A stretch of DNA of 64,000 bases from Octopus sinensis (Eukaryota), in the NCBI RefSeq assembly GCF_006345805.1, contig NC_043021.1, positions 21,452,001-21,516,000 on the forward strand. The letters run 5' to 3'. Below the pieces are notes generated by a model. That model was not told the DNA's origin. It did not search any database and saw nothing but the letters and a program-made list of their open reading frames with translations. Made by a program: the position numbers and the translations under genes. This document shows, piece by piece, positions 39,362-54,160 of the stretch (positions are counted from its first letter, which is position 1; the number at the start of each line of letters is the position of its first letter).

Positions 39362-39397
<36 letters not shown>

Positions 39398-39499
39398 TAT
39401 ACACATACATACACTCACACACATGGAATATATAGATGCATATATCTGTATATATGAATGTATATATGTGTATGATATATATATGTATATGTATGTATA

Positions 39500-39545
<46 letters not shown>

Positions 39546-39565
39546 TATATACGTATGTATATAAT

Positions 39566-39596
<31 letters not shown>

Positions 39597-40039
39597 TAGC
39601 GAGAGAGAGAGAGAGAGAAAGAGAGAGAAAAAGAGAAAGGGTGAGAGGGAGAGGGAGAGGGAGGGGAAGAGGAGGATGTAATTACCTGTGGGGAATAGAA
39701 TCAAAGTACGTATGAAAATACATCTCACCCAAATGCATACACATCCATGCCTCTGTATATACATACGTATACATGCATAATGCATACAAACACACACATG
39801 CACATGCACACACGTATAAATACATGCAAATGTACATCCCTGTATGTATGCACATTGATATGAACGTACGTATGCATATAACGAAGTTAGTCGGTTACCC
39901 ATCACAAAATTGAAGCCATTTTGTTTGCTCTCTTTTTCTGTCCGTATAATATTATATCACGTTGCTGCAAATATTTTTTGAAGTTTTAACCATCAACTCG
40001 AGATTAAAACTTCCTCTAACGAATAAACGATATCAAACA

Positions 40040-40440
40040 AAATATTACCTCTTAGAATATAGACATTTGGCCAACAAGAAACGAGTTTTATTTGTTCCTG
40101 TAGCATCGATTATATCCTAGAGTCAAAGAACCGAATATTTTTTCCAAGGTGTTGTTTTGAGCTGTCACTTGGTTGTTGAAGATTTCTTTAAGTTTTTGAG
40201 ATGGTTGAAGAAATGGAATTGTCCGAGGAGAGGTTTCGAGAACAAACTGGGTGGCGTTGAATTTTGTAAGCCTGGTAGTTTAATTTTTGCTGAGTCATAT
40301 CGTCTGACGATGTCTTGGAGAGAAAACATTGACAGATTTTGTTTGATAACTACTGGACCGTAAAGTTAATAGTTCTTAGAACACTTTGTATGTTTCCGAA
40401 TCACACCATTCTGCTGGGAAAGTTTCACCGGGATATTTTT
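40040..40440 (-). pseudogene. degenerate mariner transposase relic (C-terminal catalytic region)
   Basis: manual translation PGETFPAE..LQDIVR..MTQQKLNYQAYKIQRHPVCSRNLSSDN/FHFFNHLKNL..KLVSCW parallels mariner PGET..HDNAR..LQKL..HPPYSPDL..YHFF..KL..RW. Confidence 0.7.
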
Positions 40441-41857
40441 AAAAAGCAGTGTTCCATTCCATCTGTCGACCAACAAGTAAGGTTGCGAGATTAGGAAGCT
40501 AGTTTAGCAACTGAAGTCCCACTGTGCAGTACCCTAAAAGAAGTACCTTTACTGTAGCCCTAGGCTCACTAATTCCTTGTGAATAATTATGGTAGACCAA
40601 AACTGAGGAAGTCCGTTGTTTATGTATGTGTGTCATTGTGTCTATATTTCTCCCAAACCACTTTCAACAGTTGTTGGTTTGTTCACGTCCTCGTAACTTA
40701 GCGGTTCGGCGAAAGGAAATAAGTTCCATGCTTTAAAGATAATAGCTCAAGATCGATCTGTTAGACTAAAAACACTTCAAAGCGGTGCTCCAGCATGGCT
40801 TCGGTACAATGACCGAAACAAGTAAAAGATAGAAGGGAAGATAAGATAATCTTATTTCTTCGGTTGGAAGAAGAACTTTGGTGCTTCTCCTCAGACCAGC
40901 GAGCCGCCGCCGAATACCATCTTGTGGCCGGATGGAATCCACTTTTAGTCATGTTTTACAATGCAATATAAAATGGATTGTTTTAAAAGGTGAAAAAGCA
41001 TAGAGCAGACTTCATAATAACGGAGTTTATTTTTACTTTTCTTTACATTATGCAGCACCCATTTGTTGACCTCTTTTGTCTTCTTAGTATACTGAAAAAA
41101 AAAAAAATGAAATAGCTATTTAATAGTCGCGAGCGCATGGTCTAATGGTTTGGGTGTTGCATTCATGATCGAGAGATACCGGTTTCAACTCCTGGATCGA
41201 GTGGTGCATTGTGTTCTCAAGCGAAACATTTTATTTCCCGTTGTTCTGCGCTCACTTCGATACCTGACGTGTGGTACACCATGCACCTATTCAGGTAACG
41301 TCGATTTGGTGGAAGAACTGGGCTAATGTACACTACATACATTTGATCGCTATACACAAATCATCTTTAAGGGTCGTTCAGCAAGAAACTTCAATACCAT
41401 CTTCCTCAGACTTCGACAGACTACCATAATTTAATAATAGTCAACGTTTAGTTCTTGTACAACCTCTCGAGTTGTTTAGTGTAAAGTTCGTTTCAATAAT
41501 GGCTCGCATTTGTTCGTAATCAATTCACAACCTTATTTATTCTCAAGGCTCTCGCTTCCACTGTAATATTTTTGGAACCAATGATGATTAATTTGTTCGC
41601 TGACTGTCCCCTGGCTAAATTCTTAAATGATATTGATTTCAAAGTTTGGTGTAAGGCCAGCAATTCTGTGAAGTAGATAAGTCGATTACACCGACCTCAG
41701 TGCTCAATTGGTATTTATTTTATCGACTCCGAAAGGATGAAAGACAAAGTCGACCTCGGTGGAACTTGAATTCAGAGCGTAAAAACGGACGAAATGCCGC
41801 TAAGCATTTTACCAACCGTGCTAACGATTCAGCCAGCTCGCTACCCTAACTGTAAGA

Positions 41858-41976
41858 TGTTTATACCATTAATGTTTCCCAAGAGGTTACTCATCTAAGT
41901 ACTAACTAGGTTTAATGTCTTCTAACTTCGGTGATCTGACGAGAACAGGTGCATTCAACGTCATGTGGCCGTGGGC
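41858..41976 (-). pseudogene. degenerate 5S rRNA copy
   Basis: 119-nt minus strand GCCCACGGCCACATGACGTTGAATGCACCTGTTCTCGTCAGATCACCGAAGTTAG..GTTAGTACTTAGATGAGTAACC..TGGGAAAC is colinear with animal 5S rRNA but carries many substitutions. Confidence 0.85.
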
Positions 41977-42225
41977 GAAATTCCTAGATAGTATTGAAAA
42001 CAGATTTCCTTGCTTTTGTGTTCCATTTTAAATTCAAACAATGTAATCGCCCAAATTTGTTTTCTTTTCCAAACTGAATTTGACTGACGAAAAATAAACA
42101 AGAATAAATTGAAAGCAAAACCATTCGCATAAATCAATAGATCGAAACGTGTCCTTTAAAACAATATTTTTAAATGTACTTAGTTAAATAAATGTTTATT
42201 CCAAAATAAACAACAACCAACTCAC

Positions 42226-42267
42226 AAATCTATTCCACTGCGTTTCTTCCTTCTCATCTTCTCCCAT
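42226..42267 (-). CDS. candidate first coding exon MGEDEKEETQWNRF, unidentified
   Basis: AAAATGG start context, 14 open codons, strong phase-0 donor TTT|GTGAGT at 42225-42220, non-repetitive context. Confidence 0.4.
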
Positions 42268-42644
42268 TTTCCTCGTTGATTTCTTCAACTAAACCTGTGT
42301 AATTTCATCAGCATAGAGCGTGATGGTGATTCAAACGAGCAGACGATCAACGCAGACGAACAGAGACTGTCAAACAAACAGCGAAGCAACGAGGTAAAGA
42401 GACGTGCAGTGATGTCAAAGGCAAAGATAGCAGTATCGAAGGCGCCCATTGATCTATATTGTGTTAGTTATTCAAATAAAATAGAGAATAATTATAGAGG
42501 AATACTAGCCAACATTAGAACAATGGAGGTGAGTTTTGAACAGATAATTGTGAAGTGTGAGAATGTTAAATAAATAATGAAAAGAGATAAATAGTTAACT
42601 AGATATCATGAGACGCCATAACCTCGTAGCATATAATAATAATG

Positions 42645-42689
<45 letters not shown>

Positions 42690-42694
42690 TAAAC

Positions 42695-42747
<53 letters not shown>

Positions 42748-43109
42748 GACAATAAAATGGAAACGAATCAACTGTTGATCCATACGTATGTATGTATGCA
42801 CGTATGTATGTGTATGTGAATTTACGTCTGTGTATTAATGTGTGTGTGTGTGTGTGTGTGTTGTGTGTGTGTGTGTGTGTGCGGGCGTACGTGTATGTAT
42901 GTATGTACATAAATATCTATTAACGAACAGAAACGAAAACGTGAAAAGCAATTACATAAAAAAAACAATCGACTCCTTCAATAATGTATAATTACGTATG
43001 CAGCTATGTATGTGAGAATACGTGCACAGGTAAACGCCTGTATATATGTATATATATATGTGGATATAATATCCATATATATATATATATATCCGTATAT
43101 ATATGTATA

Positions 43110-43152
<43 letters not shown>

Positions 43153-43459
43153 AATATATGGATATATTATATTACATATATATAATATATATATCATATA
43201 TATATATATATAAATATATCTAAATATATATAATGGATATATATATGTGTGTGTGGATATATATATATCCATATAATATGTATCCATATATATATATATG
43301 GATATATATATATATATGTGTGTATATGGATAATATATATCCATATATATATATATATAGAGAGAGAGAGATAGGTAGATAGATAGATAGATTGATAGAT
43401 AGATATGCATATGATGCTCTCAAAGAAATGCACACACACATATATATACATCTATATAT

Positions 43460-43505
<46 letters not shown>

Positions 43506-43650
43506 CGTATATATGTACACACCACACACATACGTACATATATGTATATATGCTTTTATACATTTAAATACGCTTGTATAAATAAATGTATATATACACG
43601 TACGTATTCATACTATGCCGCGCGTGCGCGAACACACACATTAGCAGGCG

Positions 43651-43699
<49 letters not shown>

Positions 43700-44259
43700 A
43701 TACTCCTGCACACATACGTATCCTACAGTTAAATAAGAATGAAATTGTTTCAGAAAAAAACCGTAACTGACACTCGAAGTCGGCAACCAAGGGAAGAGAG
43801 AAGGAGAGAGAAAGAGACAGAGAAGAGGGGGGGTCAGAGATGAAAGGAAAGAGGAAGAAAGAAGGGGGGAGTGAGAAAGGAAACGAGAAAGGGAGAAGGA
43901 GAGGGAGAGGGAGAGAGGGAGTTAGGAGGAGGAAAAATGTTGTAGGAAAAAGTGAAGCTGGAAAAGGAAATGGATAAGAAAGAATAAAAGAAATTGTCGA
44001 AGGTTTTTGGTTCTGTCTCTACGTTTCCAATACACACATATATATATATGTGTGTGTATGTATATATATATATGTATATGTATATATATATGTATATATA
44101 CATATATATATATAAAACCTATATATAACATGTCTATACATAATATATTCATATATTCATATATATATATATATACATACACACATACATACGTGCATAT
44201 ATATATATATAAATACATACATATATATATATGCGTTTATATATACATATATATGTACA

Positions 44260-44295
<36 letters not shown>

Positions 44296-44417
44296 TACAT
44301 ACATACACACACGTATATATATATATATAGTATTTTGAGACCGCATTGAGTCTTTTTGTAAAATATGTTTCTATGTGTATATACATATACGCCACACACA
44401 CACACACACAAAACACA

Positions 44418-44450
<33 letters not shown>

Positions 44451-44835
44451 CACACACACAGACACACACACACAGATAAATGTTGCAAAGATATTTTGAA
44501 AAAAAAAGAAAACGCTTCATACAGACCCAGTATTTGAAGAAAAATTTTTCTTAAAAATTATTAACTATTTGAATAAAAAATTCTGAGGAAAAGAAAAAGA
44601 CAGGAATCTTTTGCAAAGAAGTTTCCATATTGTGTGTGTGTGTGTAAGCACTTTCTTTGTTAAATTTCCCTATAATTCTAGTATTTGAAAAAAAATATCT
44701 AACGACGAGGGCGCATACAGGCAATACAAAAACTCCAATCTCGAAGTTTCGTGTCATTCTGTTTTCATAAGATCTTTTTAAATTAAAAAAAAATCTTTTT
44801 GCAAGTATACGTTCATACATACATATATATATACA

Positions 44836-44879
<44 letters not shown>

Positions 44880-45217
44880 TAAATAAAATAAAACATATGC
44901 ATATATATAAACATATATGTACGTACCTACCTCTACATGTACATATACACGCATATATGAGTACAGGACACCAAAAGGGCGTCGAACACAATGAGAAACG
45001 AAAACATAGACACAAACCAAAGGAACTGGACATTTTTTTAAAAACAACCAAAAAAAATAGCGTACAGGACAATTAACACAAAGAACAAACCCATATATAT
45101 ATATACATATATATACACACATATATATATACACACATATATACATATTTAAAAGTATATATAAATATATACTTGAGAAGATATGCATGTATATATATAT
45201 ATATATGCACATACATG

Positions 45218-45288
<71 letters not shown>

Positions 45289-45736
45289 TGCGTGAAGGAG
45301 ACGGGCTTCCGCTAGAAGCCCGTGAAACTTTAAGTTGCATGGAACCGAATCAAACATTTTTAACTAACACATGTAACTCCTACTAAATGTATTGAGTGTT
45401 CCTTCCTTTCGTTTGTCTTCTTACACGTATATATATATATATATATACGCACACACATGTGTGTAGGCTTGACTATGTGGTAAGAAGTTTGCTTCGCAAC
45501 CACATGATCCTCAGTTCAGTCCCACTGTGTGGCACCTTGTGGCAGCTTGGGCAAGTGTCTTCCATTCTAGCCTCGATCCACCAAAGCTTTCCGAGTGGAT
45601 TTGCTAGGCGTAAACTGAAAGAAGCCGTCGTATATATACATACTTATATATATGTATGTATGTTTGTATATATATATATATATATATTTGTTTTCCACCT
45701 GCCTTCGTCTTTTGTTTATTTTCATAAAGCTTCCCG

Positions 45737-45831
<95 letters not shown>

Positions 45832-45883
45832 GTATTTGTGTGTTTGTGCTTGCACCACCATCGCTTGACAGCGATGGTATAGC

Positions 45884-46143
45884 CATTTCGTGAAAGTGGC
45901 TGAGTATTCCACAGACACACGTAACCTTTAATGCTGTCTGTCAGTGTGATTCAGTGTGACACAGAATGTGACAAGGCTGGCCCCCTTTGGATTACAGGTA
46001 CAATTCATTTTTGCCAGCTGAGTGGGCTGGGGCCACGTGAAATAAAGTGTCTTGCTCAAGGACACAACACACCGCTGAGAATCGAACTCCCGACCTTACG
46101 ATCGCCAGTCGAATACTGTAACCACTAAGCTACGGGCCGTCAC
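45884..46143 (-). mobile_element. SINE family C (diverged)
   Basis: reverse match to the 7852-8176 head, core and tail. Confidence 0.75.
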
Positions 46144-46190
46144 ATACATACATACATACATACATACATACATACATACATACCAACTTC

Positions 46191-46423
46191 AATTTCTTTA
46201 CTGCCCACAAGTGGCTAAACACAGAGAGGACAAACAAGAACAGACAAACGGATTAAGTCGATTACATCGAACCCAGTGCGTAACTGGTACTTAATTTATC
46301 GACCCCGGAAGGATGAAACGCAAAGTCGACCTCGGCGGAATTTGAACTCAGAACGTAACGGCAGACGAAATACAACTACGCATTTCGCCCGGCGTGCTAA
46401 CGATTCTGCCAGCTTGCCGCCTT
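46191..46423 (-). mobile_element. SINE family B (near full length)
   Basis: AAGGCGGCAAGCTGGCAGAATCGTTAGC head, B-box GAGTTCAAATTCC, core GCGTTTCATCCTTCCGGGGTCGATAAATTAAGTACCAG. Confidence 0.85.
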
Positions 46424-47231
46424 CTACATATATACATACATACATACATACATACATACATACTCTATTGATGTTGAATTTCCAATGAAGGAGCCTTAGA
46501 TCTAGGTTAGAAACCAGCTCTTTCTCTATTGGCGTGAAATCTTTAAATAAAACTGAATGATGACACATACATATATGATGCTCGCCTCCTCATTCTGGAG
46601 CATAAGATGATAATGATGATGACAGTATGTCAAGCGATGTTTGTAGATGATGCTTTTTGATGTGAGGAGAAAGCTTTGCCCACAACCGAATCCCACTCTC
46701 TGAACAACGGTGAGAAATGCCCACCCCCCAAGAACGAACCATCATCAATAGCTGCCATCATGTGTGTGTGTGTATACACGAGCTGAGATGAAAACTAGCA
46801 TTAACAAACAACGCACCAGACACTAACAATAATAACACCATCATAAAACCACTGCACCTGGAAAAATGAGGTCTCCATGGAAACAAGAGAACAGCTAAAA
46901 AAAAAAGAACAACAAAAAGAAAACGTAAATAAATAAAATCCTTAAGATAACGAAAATTATTATTAATAGTGTAAAGTAAGATGGCAATAAAGATATGTTA
47001 TAATGCTGTTTTATTATAATAATGTTCATTTTCAAAGTAGTGATAGTATTGATTTTGCTGTCTCGTATAATGGTTCTTGTGTTGGAGCTGTTTAGTTTGT
47101 TGCGATCAAAGCGGTTTCAGGCGTGATCATTATGTCTTGTATTTAAAGATGTTAGGTAACGTGTTGCCTCGCGGGAGGGTTATTACGCCAATAATAAACA
47201 CACGCACTGGTTTATTTTTACTTTTATGAGA

Positions 47232-47743
<512 letters not shown>

Positions 47744-48140
47744 GTCATTGGTTAATTGGTTATTTAAACCAGCTAAATACTCGATTGTTTGATTATTCAT
47801 TAGGTTAATCAATCAATTTTGTTTGCTGAAGTCCTTTCGTCACCATTCGAAACTTCTTCAAGGACATACTATCTCTACTCCAGATCAACGTCAAGTAGGA
47901 TGTGATTTCCTGAGACTACGATTTCTGCTTCTTACAGACCTACGCAAAGATTTTACCGATTAGGGACCAGCTTCGCTGAAACTTCAAGAAAACCAAAGTA
48001 AAAGAGTGTCCTGCATAATGGGACTGCAAACTCGTCTGGGACTAGAGAGGAAAGATGTACAATGTCTGACTGTAAGACAGGGCAGTCAAGGATGGGACGC
48101 CTTTGATTATAAATCTGTTCGTTGTAAGGTATACACGACA

Positions 48141-48531
48141 TGGGAATGGAAGCACTCCGTCGGTTACGACGATGAGTGTTCCGGTTGATCCGAATCAACG
48201 GAACAGCCTGCTCGTGAAATTAACGTGTAAGTGGCTGAGCACTCCTCAGACACGTGTACGCTTAACGTACTTCTCGGGGATATTCAGCGTGACACAGAGA
48301 GTGACAAGGCGGCCCTTTGAAATACAAGGTACAACAGAAACAGGAAGTAAGAGTGAGAGAAAGTTGTGGTGAAAGAGTACAGCAGGGATCACCACCATCC
48401 CCTGCCGGAGCCTCGTGGAGCTTTAGGTGTTTTCGCTCAATAAACACTCACAACGCCCGGTCTGGGAATCGAAACCGCGATCCTATGACCGCGAGTCCGC
48501 TGCCCTAACCACTGGGCCATTGCGCCTCCAC
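48141..48531 (-). mobile_element. chimeric tRNA-SINE (head as at 62925, tail as family C) with 11-bp TSD
   Basis: TSD TATACACGACA at 48130-48140 and 48532-48542. Confidence 0.9.
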
Positions 48532-48978
48532 TATACACGACAACAAATGTATTGAATGACAGGCGCAGTTTTATTCGCTAATCTCTCCCGTTTATAACAT
48601 TGATACAAAGTATTCAGGACGAAGTTTAGGTATAGCTAAGATAGGATTTAATGGTTAATCCGGTTTAGTTAAGCATCCATGGAATTCGTCATCATCCGGT
48701 CGCATTGTTTGCGCGAATTCCCGTGACTCTCTGTTGCAACCCTCTTCTATCATTCATATTTGAATTTGGAGCTTAAGTCAGAATGAATCTTTCATTGGCT
48801 GATTGCACAACCATGGACGCCGCCCTTTTGGTGTTCCTGACCATTGATCTAGGATTCTCTCGCTCAGCATCAATGTAAGAAACACGGGTCGCTCAGAGTG
48901 AGCTTTTCTACTGTTTCTTCACAGTCCGCCCTGTTGCAGTCCCGTGACTTCGCCGTATCCCTGGCAAGGTTGCTGAAG

Positions 48979-49055
48979 GGGTCCTATGTCTTGCCAAAGG
49001 GTCCCATGTCTTGCCAAAGGGTTCTATGTCTTGCCAAAGGGTCGTATGTCTTGCC
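48979..49055. repeat. 20-bp minisatellite x4 (GGGTCCTATGTCTTGCCAAA)
   Basis: direct inspection. Confidence 0.9.
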
Positions 49056-49335
49056 GTAGCTATGCAGGGCACGGTCGTCACTCCGTGAAGTATTTTCAAA
49101 AAGTACTCGAATCCCTTAAATCTGGGATTCGATACTTGATTTTAGGAACTCTTTATAAATATTTAGTAGTTTGAAAAGGAACACTGCCAAAACAAAATAT
49201 CGTTACAGCATATCTCCATCGTTATAAAAAATATTTCTAATCTTACGTAATTATTTATTTATGTTAAGCAATTATCTTTCTTCCACAAATATGTGTCTAA
49301 CTTGAGGTATAATTGATTTTGTTGTATATGATATA

Positions 49336-49970
49336 CTAGCTGAGTATCCCGTCGTTGCCGGGCAATTTTCACACTAGAATGCCTTGGCGGACTTTCGGTA
49401 TAGCAAACCGACATGGGTTGGGTTTTTTCTATTTTTACGGGGATTTTTCAATTTGTTTTTCATCGCACCGTTGCAAATGGTGGGGGAAACCTTTTTATGT
49501 GGACATTTTTTTGAAAAATTTATGAATTCCCCCACCTCACTTCCGGACCGATTTTGTCCAATTTTATTTTATGATACGCACCAAAAAACAATAGGAGACG
49601 CCTTTTCGGTAGAAAAAACCCAAAAAACAAACAAAAAACCCCCAACAAAAACAGATAAAAACAAACTTTGAAAATTTATGAATCGTTTCAGCCCCTACTC
49701 CCCAAATCAGTACCGACTTTGGCCTATTCACTTAAAAACGATGTGAGAGACGAAAAAATTTATTTTCAAACAGAAAATGAAAAATAATTTAAAAACAATT
49801 GTGAAAGTTTAGAAAAATTCATTAACCGCCTCCACCCCATCAATTTCGTTTTTTTCCCCCGAAATTTTTAAAACTATAGTTTTAAAAACGGGCACTCCGA
49901 ATCTGCAATTTTATTCTGCATATAATTATTATTATTCTGCATATAATAATAATAATTATTATTATATAGA
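49336..49970 (-). mobile_element. non-autonomous Helitron (second family)
   Basis: minus 5' TCTATATAATAA; 3' hairpin CCCG-GCAACGA-CGGG then CTAG-T. Confidence 0.75.
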
Positions 49971-50419
49971 TGTTTTTAATGATATTTTTTTGAAGCCGAA
50001 AACTGCAATTTATAGGAAAAAAAATGAAGTTCATAGTTTTACCTGATATTTTGCTATATTCCATGTTGAGACCCCTTCCTCAGGAAATCTTTGGTGAAGA
50101 TTGTTATCAGTTGACTTCTGTGCCCTGCAGAGATGTCAGCGAATTCCAACTTTTCCCCAAAGATTCCCTGAGGAGGAGGAGGTCATCAATTTGAATTATT
50201 GAAATATCACGTAAAACAATCAATTAGTTTTCTCTTTATAAATCGCATTGTTTGGCTTTAAAAAGTGTGTGTGCATGTGTGTGCATTTGTGTGCATTTGT
50301 GTGTATGTGTATGTTTGTGTGTGTGTGTAATATCGGCAAACAGCAATTGAGATCCGATTGGTTTCACGATTGCTGTCAACTCTCTCTCCCTCATATGTAT
50401 ATATGTATGTATTCTTTTT

Positions 50420-50794
50420 CTTTTGCTCTTTTATTTGTTTCGCATTTGACTGCGGCCATGCTGGAGCACCGCCTTTATTCGAACAAATCGACCTCAGGAC
50501 ATATTCTTTGTAAACCTAGTACTTATCCTATCGGTCTCTTTTGCTAATTTACGGGGACATAAACACGTCAACATCGGTTGTTAAGTGACGGTAGGGAACA
50601 AACACAGACACGCAAACATATATGTATATGTACATATATACGATATGCTTATTTCAGTTTCCGTCTGCGAAATCCACTCAAAGGCTTTGGTCGGCCCGAG
50701 GCTATAGTAGAAGACACTTGCCCAAGGTGCCACACAGTGGGACTAAACCTAGAACCATGTGGTTGGGAAGCAAGTTTCTTACCACGCAGCCACG

Positions 50795-50795
<1 letters not shown>
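50420..50795 (-). mobile_element. SINE family A (diverged)
   Basis: match to family A. Confidence 0.8.
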
Positions 50796-50846
<51 letters not shown>

Positions 50847-50920
50847 ACGGATATGTATGTATATATGTATATACACAAACATATACATAATATATATACA
50901 TGTACATATATGAATAAATA

Positions 50921-50959
<39 letters not shown>

Positions 50960-51097
50960 TATAGATATATGCATACACACACACCACACACACACATATA
51001 TATATATGTATATATATATTTTTTATTAATTCATAATAGATTATAAGGATAAAAATCACGTTAATGATTTTGATCAAGTAATCAGCATGCTAGAAAT

Positions 51098-51142
<45 letters not shown>

Positions 51143-51228
51143 TTGATACTTTGATACTTTGATAGGTTTCGGCCATTATTGGCCAGGCATGTCTAACTTA
51201 ATAGCACCACCTGGTGAAGTCTTTCAAG

Positions 51229-54160
51229 TCAGAATTTGGGCACTATGGCCCACTCAAGTAGAGAGTTATTGTTTACAGAGACATATCCGGGTGTAGGGGG
51301 TTTTTCCGGGATTTCTTGAAGGAATCTGTCCAAAGACTTCTTGAACCCTATAGGGTCAGTTTCTGTTTTAATGTGTTGGTGTAATGTTAAAGAGAGCGGG
51401 GCCAATTGAGGTGAAATAATTGTGCCGTATTGTTGTTATGAGATGAGAGTGCGATTTTTGTTTTGGGCGGATGGCACGGGGCCCAAGCCTTGGATGTACC
51501 TTAAAGTGATGCCAACATCATTTGGGCAATGCTGATGGAATATTTTCCACATCATGCAGATGATGTAGCGCTCACGACGACGTTGGAGAGAATAGAGTTT
51601 TAGCTTTTCTAGCCGACCCCAATAGTCGAGGCCTGTCATGCCATCTATCTTTTTGTGATTGCCCTTTGAGGTGCTTCAACTTTTATGATACCTTGTATTG
51701 TGTGGGAGACCACAGTGGACAACAGTATTCAAGGTGGGGTCGGGCAAAAGTGGAGAAGAGAAGGATAATGGTGTGGATATCTCTCGACTGGAAAGTTCTG
51801 AGAATCCAGGAACACATTCTGAGGCCATGTCAACTTTGTGTTTATATGAGTGGCCCAGCTTACGTTGTTGTCCACAATTACTCCCAAGTCTCTGATGTTG
51901 TTGGACGCCGCGAGAGTTTCACCTGAAGGAAGGGAGTATGGGAGTTTCAGGGCATCCTCTTTTCCAAAGTGGATTAGCTCAAATTTATCCTCGTTCAGCA
52001 GCATATTGTTTTTTTCTGCCCATGGATAACAGCCAGTAGATCTGACTGAAGGCATGTCCGGTCACTCGCCTCATTTATGACCTTCTGTAGCTTGGAGTCA
52101 TCTGCAAAGATTTTTATGTTGCTGTGCTTGATGATGTCATTAATGTCATTAATGTAAATGATGAAAAGAAGTGGGCCCAGCACAGTGCCTTGCGGAACGC
52201 CACTACTGACTTTGGCTGGGCTTGATTTTACCCCTTCAACTACAACATGTTGAGATCTGTCTGTCAGGAAACACTTGATCCATTTCAGTAACTTTCCAGA
52301 GACACCAATGTTGGATAGTTTTTTCAATAGGATCTTGTGATCGACCCTGTCGAAGGCCTTACTGAAATCAAGGTAGATGACATTGGTGTTGGAGCCCTCT
52401 CCCAAAGCTCTCAAAATGTCCTCAAAGTGATGCAGGAGCTGCGTTAGGCAGTCCCTTCCATTACGGAACCCATGTTGGTTGGAGATCAGCCGTCTGGCTT
52501 TCCAGAAATTGGGTTATTCGAGATCTCACCACCCTCTCAAATACCTTGATGATATGAGAGGTGAGTGAGATCGGACGGTAATTCACTGCAAGGGACTTGT
52601 TTCCCTTTGAAAACTGGGACAACAGACTGGGACAGAAGGTTTTTTGGAATATAGCCAGCATCCAGTGAGTTTCTCCACAGATTAGCAAGGGGAGATGCAA
52701 GTTGGTGTCGACACACCTTCAGGACACAAGCAGGGAACCTATCGGGGCCTACTGCTGAATTGTGTTTTATTTCGTTTATCGCCGCTAAGACATCAGGGGC
52801 ACTAAACGTTATGTCCGATATAGTGTGTTGGGGGTTGACATCACTGATACAGCCCAGATCGGCCATATCAGGATTGCTGAAAACAGAGCAGTATTGTTTC
52901 TGCAGTATCTCGGCCATGGATTTGGCATTATCTTGGAGAGTGCCAGTTTCGTCAATTAGAGGCCTACAGTGGAGACAGTGACCCTGCGTTTCCTCGCAAA
53001 TGAAAAGAACACTTTGGGTTGAGTTTGATTTTTCAATGGCCCACTTCTCCTCAGCTGATCTTTGGTTATTGATGAGGGTCTTCATGCATTGTTGGAGGTT
53101 ATATTTTTTGGATTCAAGCAGTGCGATAGCCGTCGAATGTGTGTGTTGCTGTTGGCAGTACTTTAGTTGTTAATTTTTTTGTTTGTTCTTTTTATTTTTC
53201 TGATAATGGTTTTTCTGTTTTGGGGGATTCTGCACTTTTTGTTCACAGGTCTTGGTGGGGAGTGTTTTGCACATATGTCTGTGACGGTGTCTACAAAGAT
53301 CTGCCAAGATGTTTTTATGGTTGGTGGAGATGTGTGTATGTGTAAAGGACCAGTCAACATGTGATAGCTCGTTCCTGATTGCATCCCAGTTGGCATTATG
53401 GAGATCCATGTTGTCAAATGGGTGGGCTGGAGGGAGGTCACTAGGATTAGCTTTCGGCTGGTGGAATTTCATGTTACAGAGAACCATGTCATGGTCTGAA
53501 AGAAGGGTTTTTTCCACTGTAACGTTATGTATAGTGTTAGTGTGGTTACTAAACACTAGGTCCAAAATGTTCTGATGTCTTGTTGGTGCAAGGACAAGTT
53601 GAGACAAGAAAAAACTCATTCGTAAAGTCGAAAAGTGACTCTGCTGCTTCTTTGTCAGCGGTTGAGGCGGGAGTGCTTGGTTTCAAACAGTTTGTAGTCC
53701 AGTCAACACAGGGTAGATTGAAGTCTCCATCATGAGTATGTTGCTAGAATGGCACTGTTGAATAAAGCACTTAATGTTGTTGAGGCATTCTTTAAAGCAC
53801 AGTATGGGTGTTTGGGGCGGCCTATAGAGCCCAATTACTGTCAGGTCATTGGCTTTGTTGTGCACGGTGACTGATTCACAGTAGCCGTTGGAGAATATAC
53901 TATTTCCATCTGCCGTAAATGAATCATGCAGGAAAATGGCAGTTCCACCCTTCCTCCTGCCGATACGATCCGCGCGGATGGTTGTGAAATTCTTCACTCT
54001 CACTTCGGCTTCCAAGTGGGAGTTGTCAAGGTGGGTCTCAGTGAGAATGAAGAAAGGGATGTGGTGTGAATGGTTACCAACCCAGTCTTCAATGAATTGG
54101 ACCTTCCATTTTTGTGCATTGATGGAAGGGCTGACACCTTGTGCATTGAGTAGGAATGTG
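51229..54160 (-). CDS. LINE ORF2 (APE endonuclease + reverse transcriptase), frameshifted
   Basis: APE motifs LLNAQG, LTETHL, GLYRPP, PTRHQNILDLVF, SDHD; RT motifs NYRPISLTS, YLDFSKAFD, GVPQGTVLGPLLF, FADD; CR1 C-terminal LYSLQRRRER; stop TGA at 51229-51231. Confidence 0.9.

Noticed and set aside
44740-44775. CTTATGA..CACGAAAC as a possible hammerhead on the minus strand
   Set aside because: Core mutated and stems I-III do not pair convincingly
46771-46857. Signal-peptide-like MMVLLLLVSGALFVNAS ORF on the minus strand
   Set aside because: 28 aa, runs into a CA repeat and a stop, lacks a good donor, and the hydrophobicity comes from TTA/GTT low complexity
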